Assembly (NCBI GenBank): GCA_001643675.2
Contig: LSRY02000006.1
Coordinates: 124,001-188,000 of the forward strand
Direction: 5' to 3'
DNA length: 64,000 bases
Source: Monocercomonoides exilis PA203
Taxonomy: Eukaryota > Protista > Preaxostyla
Part shown: positions 12,301 to 26,086 of the stretch, piece after piece
Numbering within the stretch: the stretch's first letter is position 1
Layout of the letters: each line of letters begins with the position of its first letter
Made by a program: the position numbers and the translations under genes
The notes under the pieces: generated by a model
Database searches by the model: none
The model's input: the letters and a program-made list of their open reading frames with translations, nothing else
What the model was told of the DNA's origin: nothing

Positions 12301-15300
12301 TCATTGCCGTGGAGTTTGAGTTCCCTTCTTCTTTTTCTTTTTCTTTTTAACAACTGGACGTTGACCTGTTTCAGCTGGAGTTGGTGAAGAATTATTGGAA
12401 TCTAACAAAGAGTCAGATGCTTGAGACGGGTCATACTGAAATACGGAAAATTGAGAAGGGTCTTGTTTGAGGATTTGATCTGACGGTGTTTGCTGATTTG
12501 AAGGAAGAGGCAGCGGGATGTGTGGAGATGAAGCTGTTTGTGCGATGGAGAAGCGCGAAGAAGAGAGAAGAGAAGGAGGAGTGAGGTGGAACGGAAGATA
12601 CGCCACGCCGAGTGCTTCGTACGGGTCTGGCTCTGTTGGTGAAGGGGAAGCAAGAGATGATGCAGATGATGGTGGGTTGGAAGGGTTGAAGGGAGAAATG
12701 GCAGAAGAAGGAGAAAAAGAAGAAGAAGAAGGATTAACTGTGTTTGGTGCTGAAGGAGAAGGAGATGGAGAAAATGAGTGAGACAGCTGATAAGAAGAAG
12801 GGTTGGTTGAAGTGGGCTGTCTTCCGAGTGGATGTTGAGGAGAGATCTGATAAGAGCGAAGAAGACGCTGGTAGTCGGGAAGAAGATCAGGAGAAGTCAA
12901 AGAGGAAGAGCCAGAAGCAGCAGGAAAAGCAGGAGAAGAAGAGGAAGAAGAAGCTGAAGAAGAAGTTGTTGAAGGTGATGGAGTGAAGGAAGATGCATTC
13001 ATTGCAGGCAAAACAGAAGGTGTGGCAGAACTCGAAAGAGGAAGTGAAGAAGAAGGGTATGCAGCCATCCGAACAGACAAAGGTACATTTGGCTGCTGCG
13101 AAAACTGGGAAGAGAGCTTTCGACTTTCAGCATCAGCAAGAGAAGCATACTGTGGCGTGGCTGATGGAGGCCTTGCTGCTTCGTTCTTGTCGTCCAGATG
13201 ATTCGGAGAGATGGCTGAGAAATAAGGTGATTGTGTAGCAGTTCGAGATGGTGCTGTTGAGCTTGTTCTGTCGGTCGGAATGGAAGAGGTGGGAAATGAA
13301 GAAGATGGAACCGTTGCAGAGGATGGGGGCAGAGAAGAAGAAAAGCTGGTGTTTTGGAATGGAACTGATGGCGCACGTGATTCAAATGCATTTGGGCTGT
13401 TTGATGATGATGAATATGAAGAAGACAGAAGTGGCGCAGGAGAAGGAGAAGTTCTCGAAGTGTCTCTTTCTCCTTGTCGCTGCGTTTCGCCAAAGAAATA
13501 CGGCGGAAGCGCCTCTTCCAGAAACTTCCTGTCCTTCTCTGTGATTGTATTTCCTCCTTCACTCTCAAACAACCTCAGTCCGTCTTCTCTATTTCTCCTT
13601 TCTGTCTCCATCATCCTCATCGAAGACAGCGATGCCAGCAGATCCTTCGGTGTTGGCTGTGCAGAGCGTGTGGTTGTGAGCGATAGAGCAGCGTCGATGT
13701 CATCCGATGTGCGTGTCCGCGCCACCCACCGCTGCTGCAGCTGGAGACAGTATGTCCGCAGCGCCTGGGCGTGGCGGTAGAGGTCTTCGTACGCCCTCCC
13801 CAGCGCCTCCTGCTTGTGCTGCGTATGCTGCACATTCGCCTGCAGCAGCTTGTACTGGTCACTCAGTGTGCGATATACACTCTGCACATCGTCTCTCTCT
13901 TTGCGCAGATCATCCGCTGCAGACACCAGACGAGATATGAGAGACGGGAGAGAAAGCGCACGAAGAGCAGAAAGAGAGCTGTTGGCGCGTGTGCGGAGGG
14001 AGGAAATGAGCTGAGATGAAGAGGAAGAGGCAGACAAGGCTGTCTGGAGCTTCGATGGAGAGGAAGAGGACAGATGAGAGCCAGAGAATGATGTGTTGAA
14101 ATGAGAAGGAGAAGAAGGAGAATTAGAAGAAGAAAGCAGGTTTGATTGGCCCTGGTCATCTCCCTTGAGTTGAGAGAGACTGTTTAATGTGTCATTCCCT
14201 TGCAGTGTGTCTGTGATGGCTGAAAGAGAAGACACGCCCATGATTGAGGAGACACCCGACGTGACTGAACGGACGGTGTCATTCAGCTCGTTGCACAAGT
14301 CAAACAAGCCGTGCAACTCGTCCTGCGCTGCGCTGAGTGCATCTTCTGTCTCTTTCAAATGCTCTTCCATCAGCTTCAATCGCTTTTTCGGCGATTTCTG
14401 CGCCAACATCGCAGCAAATGCACTTGTTTTGCCTGATCTGCCCAAGCCAAATGACGAGTGAAGCGAAGAAGGTGAACGGTTTTCATTGGCTGAGTCTTCA
14501 CCTGATTCTCCGTTGTCTTCACCATAATCACTATCACTGCTGTTGCCATATCCATCGGCATCTCCTCTTTTGCCCGCTCTTCTTTCTGCCTTCTCCTTCA
14601 TTCTCTTCTCCTTCTCCTTCTTCACCTGCTCCTCCAGCTCCTCCCTCAGTGCACTTTGCGTGTTCGCATTCGCCTCTGCTATTTTCATCTGCGACTCCAC
14701 CGCCTGCAGCTGTGCCTTCGTGTTTCTCAGCTCTTCGCTCAGCATCTCGTTCTGCCTCTCGTTCTCCTGCTTCTCCTTCTCCATGCTCTTCACAATCGCA
14801 CTCATCCTGCTCAGTGCTCCTGCAATGTTCGCCTTCTCCTCCTCTGCCAGCATCTTCTTGTGGTTCGTCTCCTCCAACAGCGCCTGCTTTTCATCCAGTT
14901 GCGCTTCGCTCTCCTTCAACTTTTGCTCTCTCTGCTGCCCTCTCTTCTCCATCTTCTCCAGCTGGCACTTCACAATGTCCAGCTCATGTTCAGCCTCCCT
15001 CGCTGCTTTTTCAGCTGCTGCTGCCTTCGCCTTCAGATCGCCCACTTCCTTCGCTGCCTCTGCCACATCCGCTTTTCCTTCTCTTTCCTTTTCGAGCACT
15101 TTGTTTGTGAGCTCCTCTCGTTCTATCTGCATCTTCCTCGTCAGCGCACTCAGCTCTCTCTGATGCTGCTCATTCAGCTCAGTCATCATCTGCCGCGCAT
15201 CGGCTTCTCGCTTCTTCATCGTTTCTGTATATTAGAATAATAATGATAAAAAAAAAAAAAATAAATGATTAACAAATTGCATATCAAATTTCATTGGGGA

Positions 15301-18300
15301 AAAAAAAAAGATAACAAACGATTCAAATTCTTCTTGATTTCCTCCATTTCCTCGTTCTTTTCGTCCAGCGCTGTCTCTTTCTCCAACTCAACTTGGCTGA
15401 TTTTTGCCTTCCATCTCTTCTCATTCTCTCTGTTTTCTTCAGTCATCTTTCTTATTTCCTCTCTCCAATGCTGCCCGTCGCTGGACGATGCTGAAAGCGC
15501 CTCTTCTGTCTTTGCCAAGCTCTCCTTCAACGAATCTGCCTCTTCTTTCTGCTGCTCCAGCTGCTGCTGCAGTGTCGAAATGGCTTCTTTTGCTTCCTTC
15601 TCCTTCTCTCTCAGCTGATGGATCACATCCTTCAGCCTCGCCTGCTCCTTCTCCAGCGCCTTCTGCTGCTGCTCCTGCTCTTCAATCTCCGCCCTCTTCG
15701 CCTCCACTGCTTCTCCAAACTCTTTCTCTTTCTCCCCCAAAACAGACGCAAACTCCTTCTCCATCTCCGCCTTCTGCTTCTCAAGCTCCAAATCGTGGCT
15801 CTGCCTCATCCGCTCAGCTGTCTCTTCAAAATGCCTCTCCTTCGCTGCCACATCGTCCTCCCTCGCCTTCTTCACTTCTTTCACTTTCTGCTTCAGCTCT
15901 TCAATTTCTGACTGTTTTTGCTCTAAGATCTTCCTCAGCTCAGCTTCGTGTGCCTCCTCCTTCTTCCTCTCTGCCTCTTCCCATTGCTGCCGCTCCGCAC
16001 TCAGCTGCTGCTTCATCTTGTCTCTCTTCTCCTTCGCCTTCTGCAGCGCTTCTTCCATTTCTCTGCTGTGTTCTTCCTCTTTCTCCCTCAGCTCATTCGC
16101 ATGTGCCATCTTCATCTCCTCCATTTCCTTTGCCTTTCCATCCAATGCCTCTTTCCTTTCCTCCTCTGCTTCTTTCATCTTCTCCCGCCAGTTCGCCTCG
16201 CTTTCGCGCAGTTCTGTTGTCATCTTCTTCAGCTCCTCTCTCCAATGCTGCTCATCCCCCGCCGTCGCAGCAAGCGTCTTTTCTGTCCGCTCTTTTGCCT
16301 CTTTCTCGTCTGCTATTTGTTTGTGGAGTGTGTTGATCTCCTTCTCATCTGCTGCAATCTGCGCCTCTTTCTCTTTTATCTGCTCTTTGGCCTCGTTCAG
16401 CTCTTTCTCCATTCTCATCTGCTGCTCTTCTTGTTCTGCCAAATGCTGCTTAATATCTTTAATTGTTTCTTCTCTCTTTGCCATTTCTTCTTTGTGCTTC
16501 TCTTCTTCTGCTGCTGTCTTTTCAGCAAATTCTTCCTCCAAATCTGTTCTGAGTGCATCCAGCTGTTTCAGTTGCTCTTCTTTCAGTTGAGAAATCATCT
16601 TTTCTGCTTCTGCTTCTTTTTGCTTGATTGCTTCCTCTTTCTCTTCATCAACCAACTTCAGCGTCTTTTTCATTTCCTCCACATATTTCGCCTTCTCCTC
16701 TTCTGCTTTCTGAATAGCATTCCTTTTCTCTGCTTCTTTCGCATTGAGCTGCGACTGTAACTCGTTTTCAACCTGTTTCAATCGCTCTTCGCTTTCATTC
16801 TCTGCCTTCTCAAATTCTGCTTCCATCTTTTCTGTCTTCTGCGCAAACTCTTCTTCTTTCCTTTTCAGCGCTGCTTGCCACTCTGCTTTTGTTTCTGCCA
16901 TTTCCTTCTCTTTCCTCTTCAGCGCCTCCGCCTTCTCCTCCTCCAGCTTCCTCGTCTTCTCCCTCCACTCCGCCTCTCCCTCTCTCATCTCGCTCGTCAG
17001 CTTCCGAATCTCCTCTCTCCAATGCTCTCCGTCCGCCGACGACGACCTCAGCGCCTCCTCCACCCGCCCCATCGCCTCCTTCTCCTGCTGCAGCTGGCTG
17101 CTCAGCACATCCACTTGCTGAAGCGCGTCCTTCAGCTGCTCCTTCAGCTCTGCATTGCTCTTCTCGCTCTGCAGCAGCTGCTCCTTCTGCCGTTCTGCCT
17201 CCACCGCCATCTCCTGGTGCACCCGCTGGATGGTCTCGTTCTCGCTCTTCTTCTCCGCCAGCTGCTGTGCCATCTCCTTCTCTTTGCCCATCAGCCGCCC
17301 AACATAATCGCTCTCCAGCGCCGCCCGCTGCTGCGACATCTCCTTTTTGTGTGCTGCTTCGGCTGCTTCCAGCGCCTCCAGCTTCTCCTCGTCTTTGTCA
17401 CGCAGCTCCCTCACGTGTTCTCGCTCAGCCTCAGCCAGCTCTGCTTTGATCGAATCGATCTCTTTCTCCTTCTCTTCCAGCCGCCGCTTCATTTCTTCGT
17501 CTTTGGCTGCCTCCTTTTTGTAGAATTCTCTTTCCATCTTCCGCTTGGCCTCTTCAAATTGCAGTGTGGTTGCTTGATGCTCTGCTGCAAACTTCGCACT
17601 CTGCTGCTCCACTTCTCGTTGGTGCTCTTCATCCCGGATTCGCAAAAGCTCTGTGAATGTTATGAAGAATTGTGTTCAAATAATATTAATAACAAGAATA
17701 AATGGTGCATAAGATATGACATTTCGAAACAAATGCAACAAAACAATTTGGAATAGGAATGTGCTCCATAAAAATGAAAAGAAAAGAAAAATATTCATTT
17801 TTGTATTTCATTAAAAAGCAATTGGATCTCTCTTATCTGTCAAAAAAATCACTGATTTTCTCGAACGAAATACATTTTCTCTCAACAATATCACACAAAT
17901 TCTCTCATACCCGCATTCTGTTGTCTTAGTTGTTTAATATCATTTCCTTTCTCCTTCTTGATCTGCTCTTTCTCTTCCTCCAGCTGCTTCGTCTTCTGCC
18001 TCCATGTGTTATCGGTCTCTCTAATTTCTGCTGTCATCTTCTTCGTCTCCTCTCTCCAATGCTGCCCGTCTTCCAGCGCAGACGCCAGTGCCTCGTCGAT
18101 TCGCGCCTTCGCCTCTCTCTCTTGCTCCACTTGGTGCTTCAGAAGAGAAACCTCCTTTTGTGTCGTTGCCAATTGCGTCTCGCTGGTTTTCAGCTTTTCG
18201 GCTGTTCTGTCCAGCGCCTTCTGCGCTTTCTTGTGTTGTGCGTCAACATCCTCAAGCATCTGCTGCGTCTGCTGCAGCTGAAACTCTTTTTCTTCCATTT

Positions 18301-19238
18301 TGTTTTTGTGATCGTTTTCTCGTTTTGTTATTTCTTCTTCAAAAACTTGTGTTAACGCTTCTTTTTGTGTTGCTAACTCTGCTGTGTGCTTTTCTTTCAG
18401 CTGTGAAATGCTCCTTTCGAATTCTTTCTCTTTTAAATCAACTGTTGTTGCTTTTTCTTCCTTTGCTGCTTCAACAATTTGCTTCATTTCGCGAATTGTT
18501 TTTTCTTTTTCTTCTCGTTCTTTGTTGATTTCCTCTAACTTTTCGTTTTCTTTTTCTTCTATTTGCCTTAACAGAGTTTCTTCTGATTTTCTAAAAGCTT
18601 CTCTTTCTTTGTTGATTTCTTCTAATTTCTCATTTTCTTTTTCCTCTATTTGTTTTAGTAATGTTTCTTCTGATTTCTTAAATGATTCTTCTTTTTGGAT
18701 TATTTCATTTTCAAGACTTTGCTGATGTTCTTCAAGAGAAGCAATTTTTACCTCTTTTTGTTGAATGGCCTCTAAATAAAATAAAATATTCTGATTCGAA
18801 TAATAAAAATCGCAATTGATAGCAAACGTTCGTGTTGTTGCTTAAGTCTTTTCAATTCTTCTGATAATTCTTTAAGTTCATTCTCTTTTGCAATTAGTGT
18901 TTGTACAAGCTTCTCCTTTTCCATTTTCATTTTAGATGCAAATTCAGCAGACTGTAAATCGATATCAGCAAGCTGATCGAGTGTTTGTTTCAACACTTTA
19001 TCTCTCTCGCTGAGCCCACTTTTAAACGTTCCAACAAGATCTTCAAGATCACCTTCAAGTGCTTGTAGCGTCTGCTGCTCCGAGCGTCCTTTAGCTTTCT
19101 TCGACGATGATTTCTTTGACAATGATTGGGTTAATTTTGCGAGTTCTAATAAATTATAATTAATAAATAAAAAATTAATCAAAGTTTAAAACAAAATTGT
19201 CTAAATTAACCTCCAAATGGATCTTTTAGGTCTGACAT
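12301..19238 (-). CDS. Giant coiled-coil protein (~2,100 aa) with four 259-aa repeats and a Ser/Pro-rich tail
   Basis: E/K/Q-rich ORFs joined in frame by GT-AG introns, including 17651-17910 and 15225-15319. ATG at 19238 (MSDLKDPFG). Ends in a poly-Lys tract. Confidence 0.85.
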
Positions 19239-19464
19239 ATGCTATATTTTTGAAGTTCTAAAAAGAATTTCGGTTGTTTGATTTAAAAGATTTGCTTGTT
19301 TATTAAATATTACAGAAAAAAATGAAATAACTTTGAGGCTATGGGTAATCAAAAGATCCTTCTGCCCTTTTTAATTTTTTGAAAATGCGAGTTGCGAATG
19401 ATGAAGTTCTTCTATCATCTGTCTGCTCTTTAACTTTTCTTTTGGAGCAGAAAATCCTTCAAAA

Positions 19465-22400
19465 ATGCGCTTTCTCGCCTTTCAATGGCGAATTGTTGTG
19501 ATTTTGTTGTTATTCATAACAGTTTCATTTCAACAGCGTGCTGTTATTTATAACGGAAATGTGAAAATCAGTAATTTCGACCCATGCCAAGGAATAAAGC
19601 AAAAGAATTTATTTAATGCGACCAGAGCATATAAATGCTTGTCTTCGATACCATTTAACATTTCTCTTGCTAAAGATACCATTACGAGTCTAAAGGGCTG
19701 GATGGAGTCATATGCTTTTTTGGATATTCATAAAGCTCCTCCAGACGAATTTTTGAGCGTGAAAATTGATATTATTAAAGAACTTGATTCTTTGTATGGA
19801 AAGAATTTTGATAGCGATTATTCTTTTCAAATGGCCGTTTTGTCTATTTTTCGGAAACTTCATGGTGCGTTAATTTTATTTTTGCAAGCATTCATTTCTT
19901 CGATTATGATATTATGTGTATGTTTCTTTTATAGACACGCATACTCTTTATATTCCTCCAGAATGTTATCAGGTGTGCATAGTGTTTCAAATAACTTAAT
20001 GTTTTGATCTAACTTTCTACAATTCTTCAGGAATTTCAATACAATCTTCCAATTGCATTTCATACATCATTGGATCAAAACGGAAACATGCAGTTCTTTG
20101 TTTCGAAAAATTCTATTACGAATTCATATTTGAAGCTGACACATTTCTCGTTTAATCTGATCGATAAAAAGAAAATCCTTTCGATTGACGAGCAGCCTCC
20201 TTTGGAAGCGCTGATGGATTTTGCAAATAAACATTCTTTTACTTCGAAAGACCCACAAGCCAGGTTGAACAGCATGTTGACTGGCGAATATTGGTCTCTG
20301 AATGCTGCAGTATGAAAAAATAATTAAGTCTATTCATTTAACAGCAATATTTATTTTATCCAAATTATTATTATTATTATTATTATTATTTTAACATTAT
20401 TTTAACATTATTTTCTGTGTGTTACTCAGATGTATTCATTTACCGAAGAGGAAATATCGAATGGGCATCTCTTTCAGATAGAAGGTGTAGGCGATGTGAG
20501 GATTCCGTATGTGTGTGTATGTGGTGTGGACATCAACAGCAAAGACGATCTGATGCAGCTCTATTGGCCACCCGACAGCACAAATGACGATAGCGATTAC
20601 GATTACGAAAACGAAGAGAAATTGGACGATTTTCAAAGAAGCACAGCAAAATCTTCAATGAGGCCGAATGAATATGAAGCAGATGATAGTGCTAAAGTGA
20701 GGAGTGAGAGGAGAATTCGGAATATTCCCAAGGCAAGTGCTGTTTCTGTGTCTGTTCTACGGCAGAATGCGGGAGCGATGAGTGCACATTCAACGAGGCT
20801 GTGGCTGGATCACGTGAACAAAATAGCCAACAGGAGAGGACGAGTTGATGTGGTGTATTCAGAAGGAGAGGAAGAAGGTGTGAGTGAAAGAGAATGTGAT
20901 GAAAGACAGAGAAGAAGAAGAAGAAGAGAGAGAGCAGATGTTAATTGCATAGGAACAGATTCATTTGACAGAGGAAAAATGATTGGCATGTCATCACAAG
21001 GGGTTTCGCCTGTGGAGATACAAACACACAAAAATGAGGCATTTCATCACCAAAATTTCAGAGGAAATGCTGATTCCCACAAAAATGAGCAGGAACAGCA
21101 GCAGCCGTCTTTTGTGACGCTGGATGAGAAAGAAAAGAGAGAAAGCAAAGAAAACTTGTTTCATTCACATTCAAATATCAACTCCAATCCAAATGTTGTT
21201 CAGAGCTCGTCTGCTCTTCCTGCCTCGCTCGCCTTTCGACAGCCACTTCCTCTTTTTGCAGAGCCATCTGTTTCATTTGAAGCTGATCAAATCATCCATT
21301 CCTCATCAAATGATCTTTCTTCTTCTTCTTCTTCTTCATTCTATTCGCAACAATCTCCTCTTTCTCCTCTAAAAATAGAGGAAACAGACTTTTTGGATAC
21401 AAATGAACTTATTCACAACGAAGTCACTTCTTCTTCTTCTCCTTCTTCTCCTTCTTCTCCTTCTTCTTCTCCCACATCTCAAACTCAACCACACATAACA
21501 TCTATTCACATACCCATCTCTGAAGTACAAACATCACCTTCTTCTTCTTCTTCTTCGCCCAGCTCTTCCTCTTCTCCCCTCTTCAGCATCCGCAACCTCC
21601 TCTCCACCTCGCGCAATCCCGATCTCCAGATCTACCTCGTCACAGCCAACAACACAAAAATCGGCTTCTTCCGCATCAAGTCCTTCAACCCTGCTGATGA
21701 CGATGCATTTCTTCGTCTGTTTGCCGATGGGGTGAAACAAGCCTTTTCGTTTGGGATGGAGCAGATGGTGATTGATGTGCGGGGCAACATCGGAGGCTCG
21801 GTGGAGCTTGGCTACAGGCTGAACCGGCTGCTGTCGCCATCCTCTTTCCCATTCACAGGAGAATACGACATGAGGCATTGCAACGTGACCGAGGAGCTGC
21901 TGAGGCAGACAGATGATCCGTTGTCAATCACACCGACTGACTGGCACACGCAGAAGAAGTTCAAAGGAAGAAGTTGGTATCATCCAGGGAGAGCGAGGGC
22001 ATTTCCTGTGAAGAGACAGAGAAATAAACAAAATAATGACACTTCATCATCATCATCTTCTTCTTCTTCTTCTTCATTCTCATCTGATAACCACAATATC
22101 AACAACCCCTCCTCCTTCACACATCAATACTCCTCTCTCTACACCTTCTCCCTCTCCTCCATCAACACCCAGCCTCCCCTCCTCCCCCGCCTCCTCCCTT
22201 CTTCCCAGCTGCTCATCCTCACCGACGCCCTCTGCGGCTCCACCTGCGCTGTCTTCGTGCTCGATGCTCTTCAGCGCCGCACCGCCAGAGTTATCGGAGC
22301 AGGCGGTGTGTGGAAGAATGGCAAACCTGATCCTTCTCTTCCTCCTCTCCCACCTGGCTCCTATCCCGGGGGCAATGTGATGCAGGCAGACACGCTCGCT

Positions 22401-22982
22401 GCTGTGTGGGGCGATGTTGTCGCCTTCCCGCCGCTCCCTCCATCCTCTGCGTATTTGTCCTTCACGTGGCAGGAGGCATACCCAATCGCTGTTTCTGTGA
22501 GGGAGAGGCAGCCGAATGTGCCGTTGGAGTTCATCCGCTTTGCAGTAGACGGGGCTGTCCCGCTGTGGGCGACGGAGGAAGACAGAGACACAACAGCAGA
22601 CGTGCTGGCAGTTGTGCAGAGCGTGCTGCCCTTTTTTGAGGGCTGCTATGAGGGCGAGGTGCAGCTGGCAGAAGAAGGAAAGTGTTTGACATCACACAGA
22701 CACACAAGAATGGGGCATCCATGCAGAGTAAGTAGCTCTAACAATAACAATAACAATAACAGCAGCAGCAGCAAAAGAGGAGAGTGGGACTTTTCTGTGT
22801 GTGTTGTTGCGGGGTGTGATGATGGGTATTACTTGAACGAAGGGCAGATGTGCTCAAAATTGCCTCCTCAGTCAAATGTTGGCATGAGAAATAAGAGGAT
22901 TTCAGCGAAAGGAAGAAAGGACCTTGCACTTTCTGGGATTGCATTGGTTTTGCTAATTCCTCTTTTTGTTTTAGCATTGTGA
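19465..22982 (+). CDS. Peptidase family S41-like secreted or membrane protease, multi-exon; may have a further last exon ending ~23220
   Basis: Signal peptide, 'AYKCLSSIPFN', PDZ-like 'ILSIDEQPP', 'IDVRGNIGGSV', 'LTDALCGSTCAVF' (catalytic Ser), Cys-rich segment and hydrophobic C-terminus. Confidence 0.8.
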
Positions 22983-23271
22983 AATATTCATTTATTCTTT
23001 TATTATTATTATTATTATTTCAACATCAAGTGCATCATTTCATCAATTGTGTATTTTCAATCTTTCTTTGATACAGTGAATTGTTGTTAAAGAGAACTTA
23101 TAAATAAATATTAAGTATTTTTTGTATTACAGCGGTGGTTGTGAGCGTGTTAAAGTGAACCAAACAAATAACAGGGTGTTTTATTGGAAGAATGACATGA
23201 ATTTTTGGATTATCGAATAATATTTTAAATTGATCACTCAATATTGTGAATTATACGTGAGATCAAAGAAA

Positions 23272-24003
23272 ATGCAGTCGAAGAAAGGTGTTTCTCCATC
23301 ACAAACTAATAAAATGAGCGATAAAGCCGTCCTTCGTAAGATGTCTGAACACAACGTTTATGAAAAAGTGAAAAGGAAGGATTTGATTTATCTTTCTGTT
23401 ATTGCGTTTTTCGTCCAGTTGATTGCTTTGTGTTTGAAAATACTTGTTTTTTTTAAAGAAGTTAACATTGATTTCTTTATCGTTTTTGTATTATTTAATA
23501 ACGATATATTTTAATTTGCAATTCTCTTTCTTTATTTTTAACATGATTTGCTTTTCTCATCAAATTGCATTTCAATTGATTTTTCAGATTATTTCCACTT
23601 TGTAATGGAAATTTACATTAAAGACTATTACATTTTCATTCCTTCTATTCTTATTGGTGGAGCGGCCCTTTTGACCTATGACTATCGAATTGCAGCAAGA
23701 AAATACATGAGAAGAAACAGAGTCAGCGCCAAGATCCTAACAGGAGCAGAACAAAAGCGTGAAGGAATTCGCTATGCTATTATGATTTGCAATGCGTATT
23801 ATCTGGGGCTTTTCGTTTTATTCCAATATCTAATTTCATTTAACACTCTGCACACGTATGTTTTATTTCATGTTTTTAACTATATTCCTGAATATTCTTA
23901 TTTGTTTATTAATTTATATTTGTTTCATTAACATAATAACAGAAAACTGTTTACCATTGTCGGACTTAGCGGATTTGTTACATCCATCCTTATTACTCTT
24001 TAA
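23272..24003 (+). CDS. SSR3: Translocon-associated protein gamma (TRAP-gamma)-like, 3 exons
   Basis: About 165 aa with four hydrophobic segments. 'LLTYDYRIAA' and 'EGIRYAIMICNAYYLGLF' resemble SSR3 'LVAFAYKNVK' and 'EATTFSIFYNNTLFL' as recalled. Confidence 0.6.
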
Positions 24004-24329
24004 TTGTCATTTTACCTTTCACTAAATTTCGCATTTCGAATACTATTTGAAGATTTAATAATTGAGTGAATCGAGTTATAAATATGCGTTTTGGAAAAAT
24101 ATTCTTTCAGATATTTTTCAAAACTAAAAAAAATAAGAAAAAATTTTTAAGATATTTTTTTCAAAATAAAAAAGAAAAGAAAAGAAAGAAGAAAGAAAAT
24201 TGATTTGAAAATAATAAAAAGATGATTGTGAATAGAATCGTTGAGAAGAAATAATTAATTTATTTGTTGTAACCATTGATTGTATTTTTAGCACCCTTAC
24301 TTAAAGAATTTGATAATTCTCCGATCAAA

Positions 24330-25033
24330 ATGGCTGCACCTGCTTTCCCAAACCCCGATGAATTGCGCGAGCGCTTAGTTAAAACTATCAATGATGAATC
24401 AATTTGGAAGAAGGAAAAAGATGATAAGGGAATCGAAATTTTTGTAGGAAAAGGTGTTTTTAAAGTAATTGCATTATATTTAAAACATAATTTTTATAAT
24501 ATTTAAGATGATTCAAAATTTAAAATGTTTCGTGGAATCGGATACATTGATGAGCCTATTGCAACATGTTTGTTGTTTTCTTTTGTGATCTTATTGACTT
24601 CTTTCTAGTAATTCCAATTGTGACTGATAGAGAAAAAAGAAAGGAATGGAATGAAGCATTTATTGGCAGTGATGTTATCGAACAAATTACACCCGAGTCT
24701 AAACTGATCCACCCTATGTTTAGAGCGGGTGCAGCGAAAAATAGAGACTTTTGTTGCTTTGCATCTGAACGTTCAACAGAAACTGAATTCATTGAAGCCC
24801 AAACATCTGTTGAAGATCCTCGTGTTCCTCCACATAAAGATTTTCAGCGTGCTACAGTCCTTCTTTCAGGAATGCACATGACTTCTGTGTCTCCAACAAG
24901 AACGAGAGTTTTGTACATGGCCCAGATTGATCTTGGTGGGTGGGTGCCAGCAATGATTGGAAATATGATAAATATGAAGCAACCACTTTGCATTGCAAAG
25001 ATTCGCGATTATGCAGAAAAACAAAAGAAGTAA
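24330..25033 (+). CDS. START-domain lipid-transfer protein, multi-exon
   Basis: 'WKKEKDDKGIEIF', 'RKEWNEAF', 'NRDFC', 'SVEDPRVPPHKDFQRA', 'YMAQIDLGGWVP'. Confidence 0.9.
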
Positions 25034-26086
25034 ATCATTTACACTCAAAGATGTCTTTGAGATCACTCTTAATTAATTATAATAGGGATTGTACAGTTTT
25101 ATTTAGGAAATTGTATCATTTATCCTTTTTATATGTTTTTGTTTATGCGAAAAGAAATTAATTTCCAGTATTGAAAGTTATTAATTATTTTCTTAATTGC
25201 TTTATGGATGATTAAGACAATAACTAAGTCTCTTTATATCATTATCAGTGACAATTTATTGCATATGTTATAACTATTATTGGCGAAAGAAGTTCATATG
25301 TACACGTATTTTTTAAAGTTTTATAAGTTTCTTTTGTTTTTTTTTTTTAACAAGCGCGAGTAAAGCTAAATATTTGCTTTACAGTTATTTTGATATATTG
25401 AACATGCACGTGTTTGTATGTTGAAAGGCATTAAGTCATGATTTGTTAAGTTGCGTGTAATGATTATTGGATAAATGTATATTTTAAAGAAAACTTAATT
25501 TTTTTTTAAATTTTGAACTCAGATGAAATTTTATGATTTACAAAAAAATACTACATTTTTCAAAAAATATGGGGCAAAATTCTTGCATTTATGAAAAAAC
25601 AACAATTCATTCCAAACTTTCCCTACAACTTTATCATTATAAGTCTTTCATTCCCATGCAAAAAAAGAAGAAAATTATGAAAAATGATAAAAATATTTAA
25701 AAGTGAATGATGGAACAAAATTCATAAAACAAAAAAGTTCGTCACAAATGTTAGCTGAATAAATAATTCATAATACGATACAAGATTGCGATAAAAAAAT
25801 CATTTTCACATAATTTTAAACAGTCTACGTAACAGTTTTTTTCGAAATGAGAAACAGTTTTTGAAAATTGAGCGTTTTTAATCATATGGGATAAACTCCT
25901 TTATTATTTCTAATTCGAAAAAGAATAATTCCATTTCAAAAGTAATTTTTGAAACAATTATTTTCATTTTATTAAGATGAATTTACCCGGAAAAAAATGT
26001 TGAAATTCGTTTCACAACAAACAATTATTCTTGAATTAACAACGAAATGAAAAAACCAATCGTTTTTTTGAAGTTTATTTTAACAT

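Noticed and set aside
12400-18730. Many long antisense or alternate-frame ORFs over the coiled-coil gene, and likewise over the importin, MYST and 60-63 kb genes
   Set aside because: Shadow ORFs produced by low-complexity Glu/Lys/Ser codons that lack stops in other frames; no motifs.
23130-23220. Possible snRNA with an Sm-site-like AATTTTTGG
   Set aside because: No U1/U2/U4/U5/U6 hallmark motifs; better explained as a terminal exon or UTR of the S41 gene.
25350-25470. Several short hairpins (e.g. GTAAAGC...GCTTTAC) suggesting a structured RNA
   Set aside because: Stems of 7-8 bp are expected by chance in AT-rich DNA; no tRNA or snoRNA boxes found.
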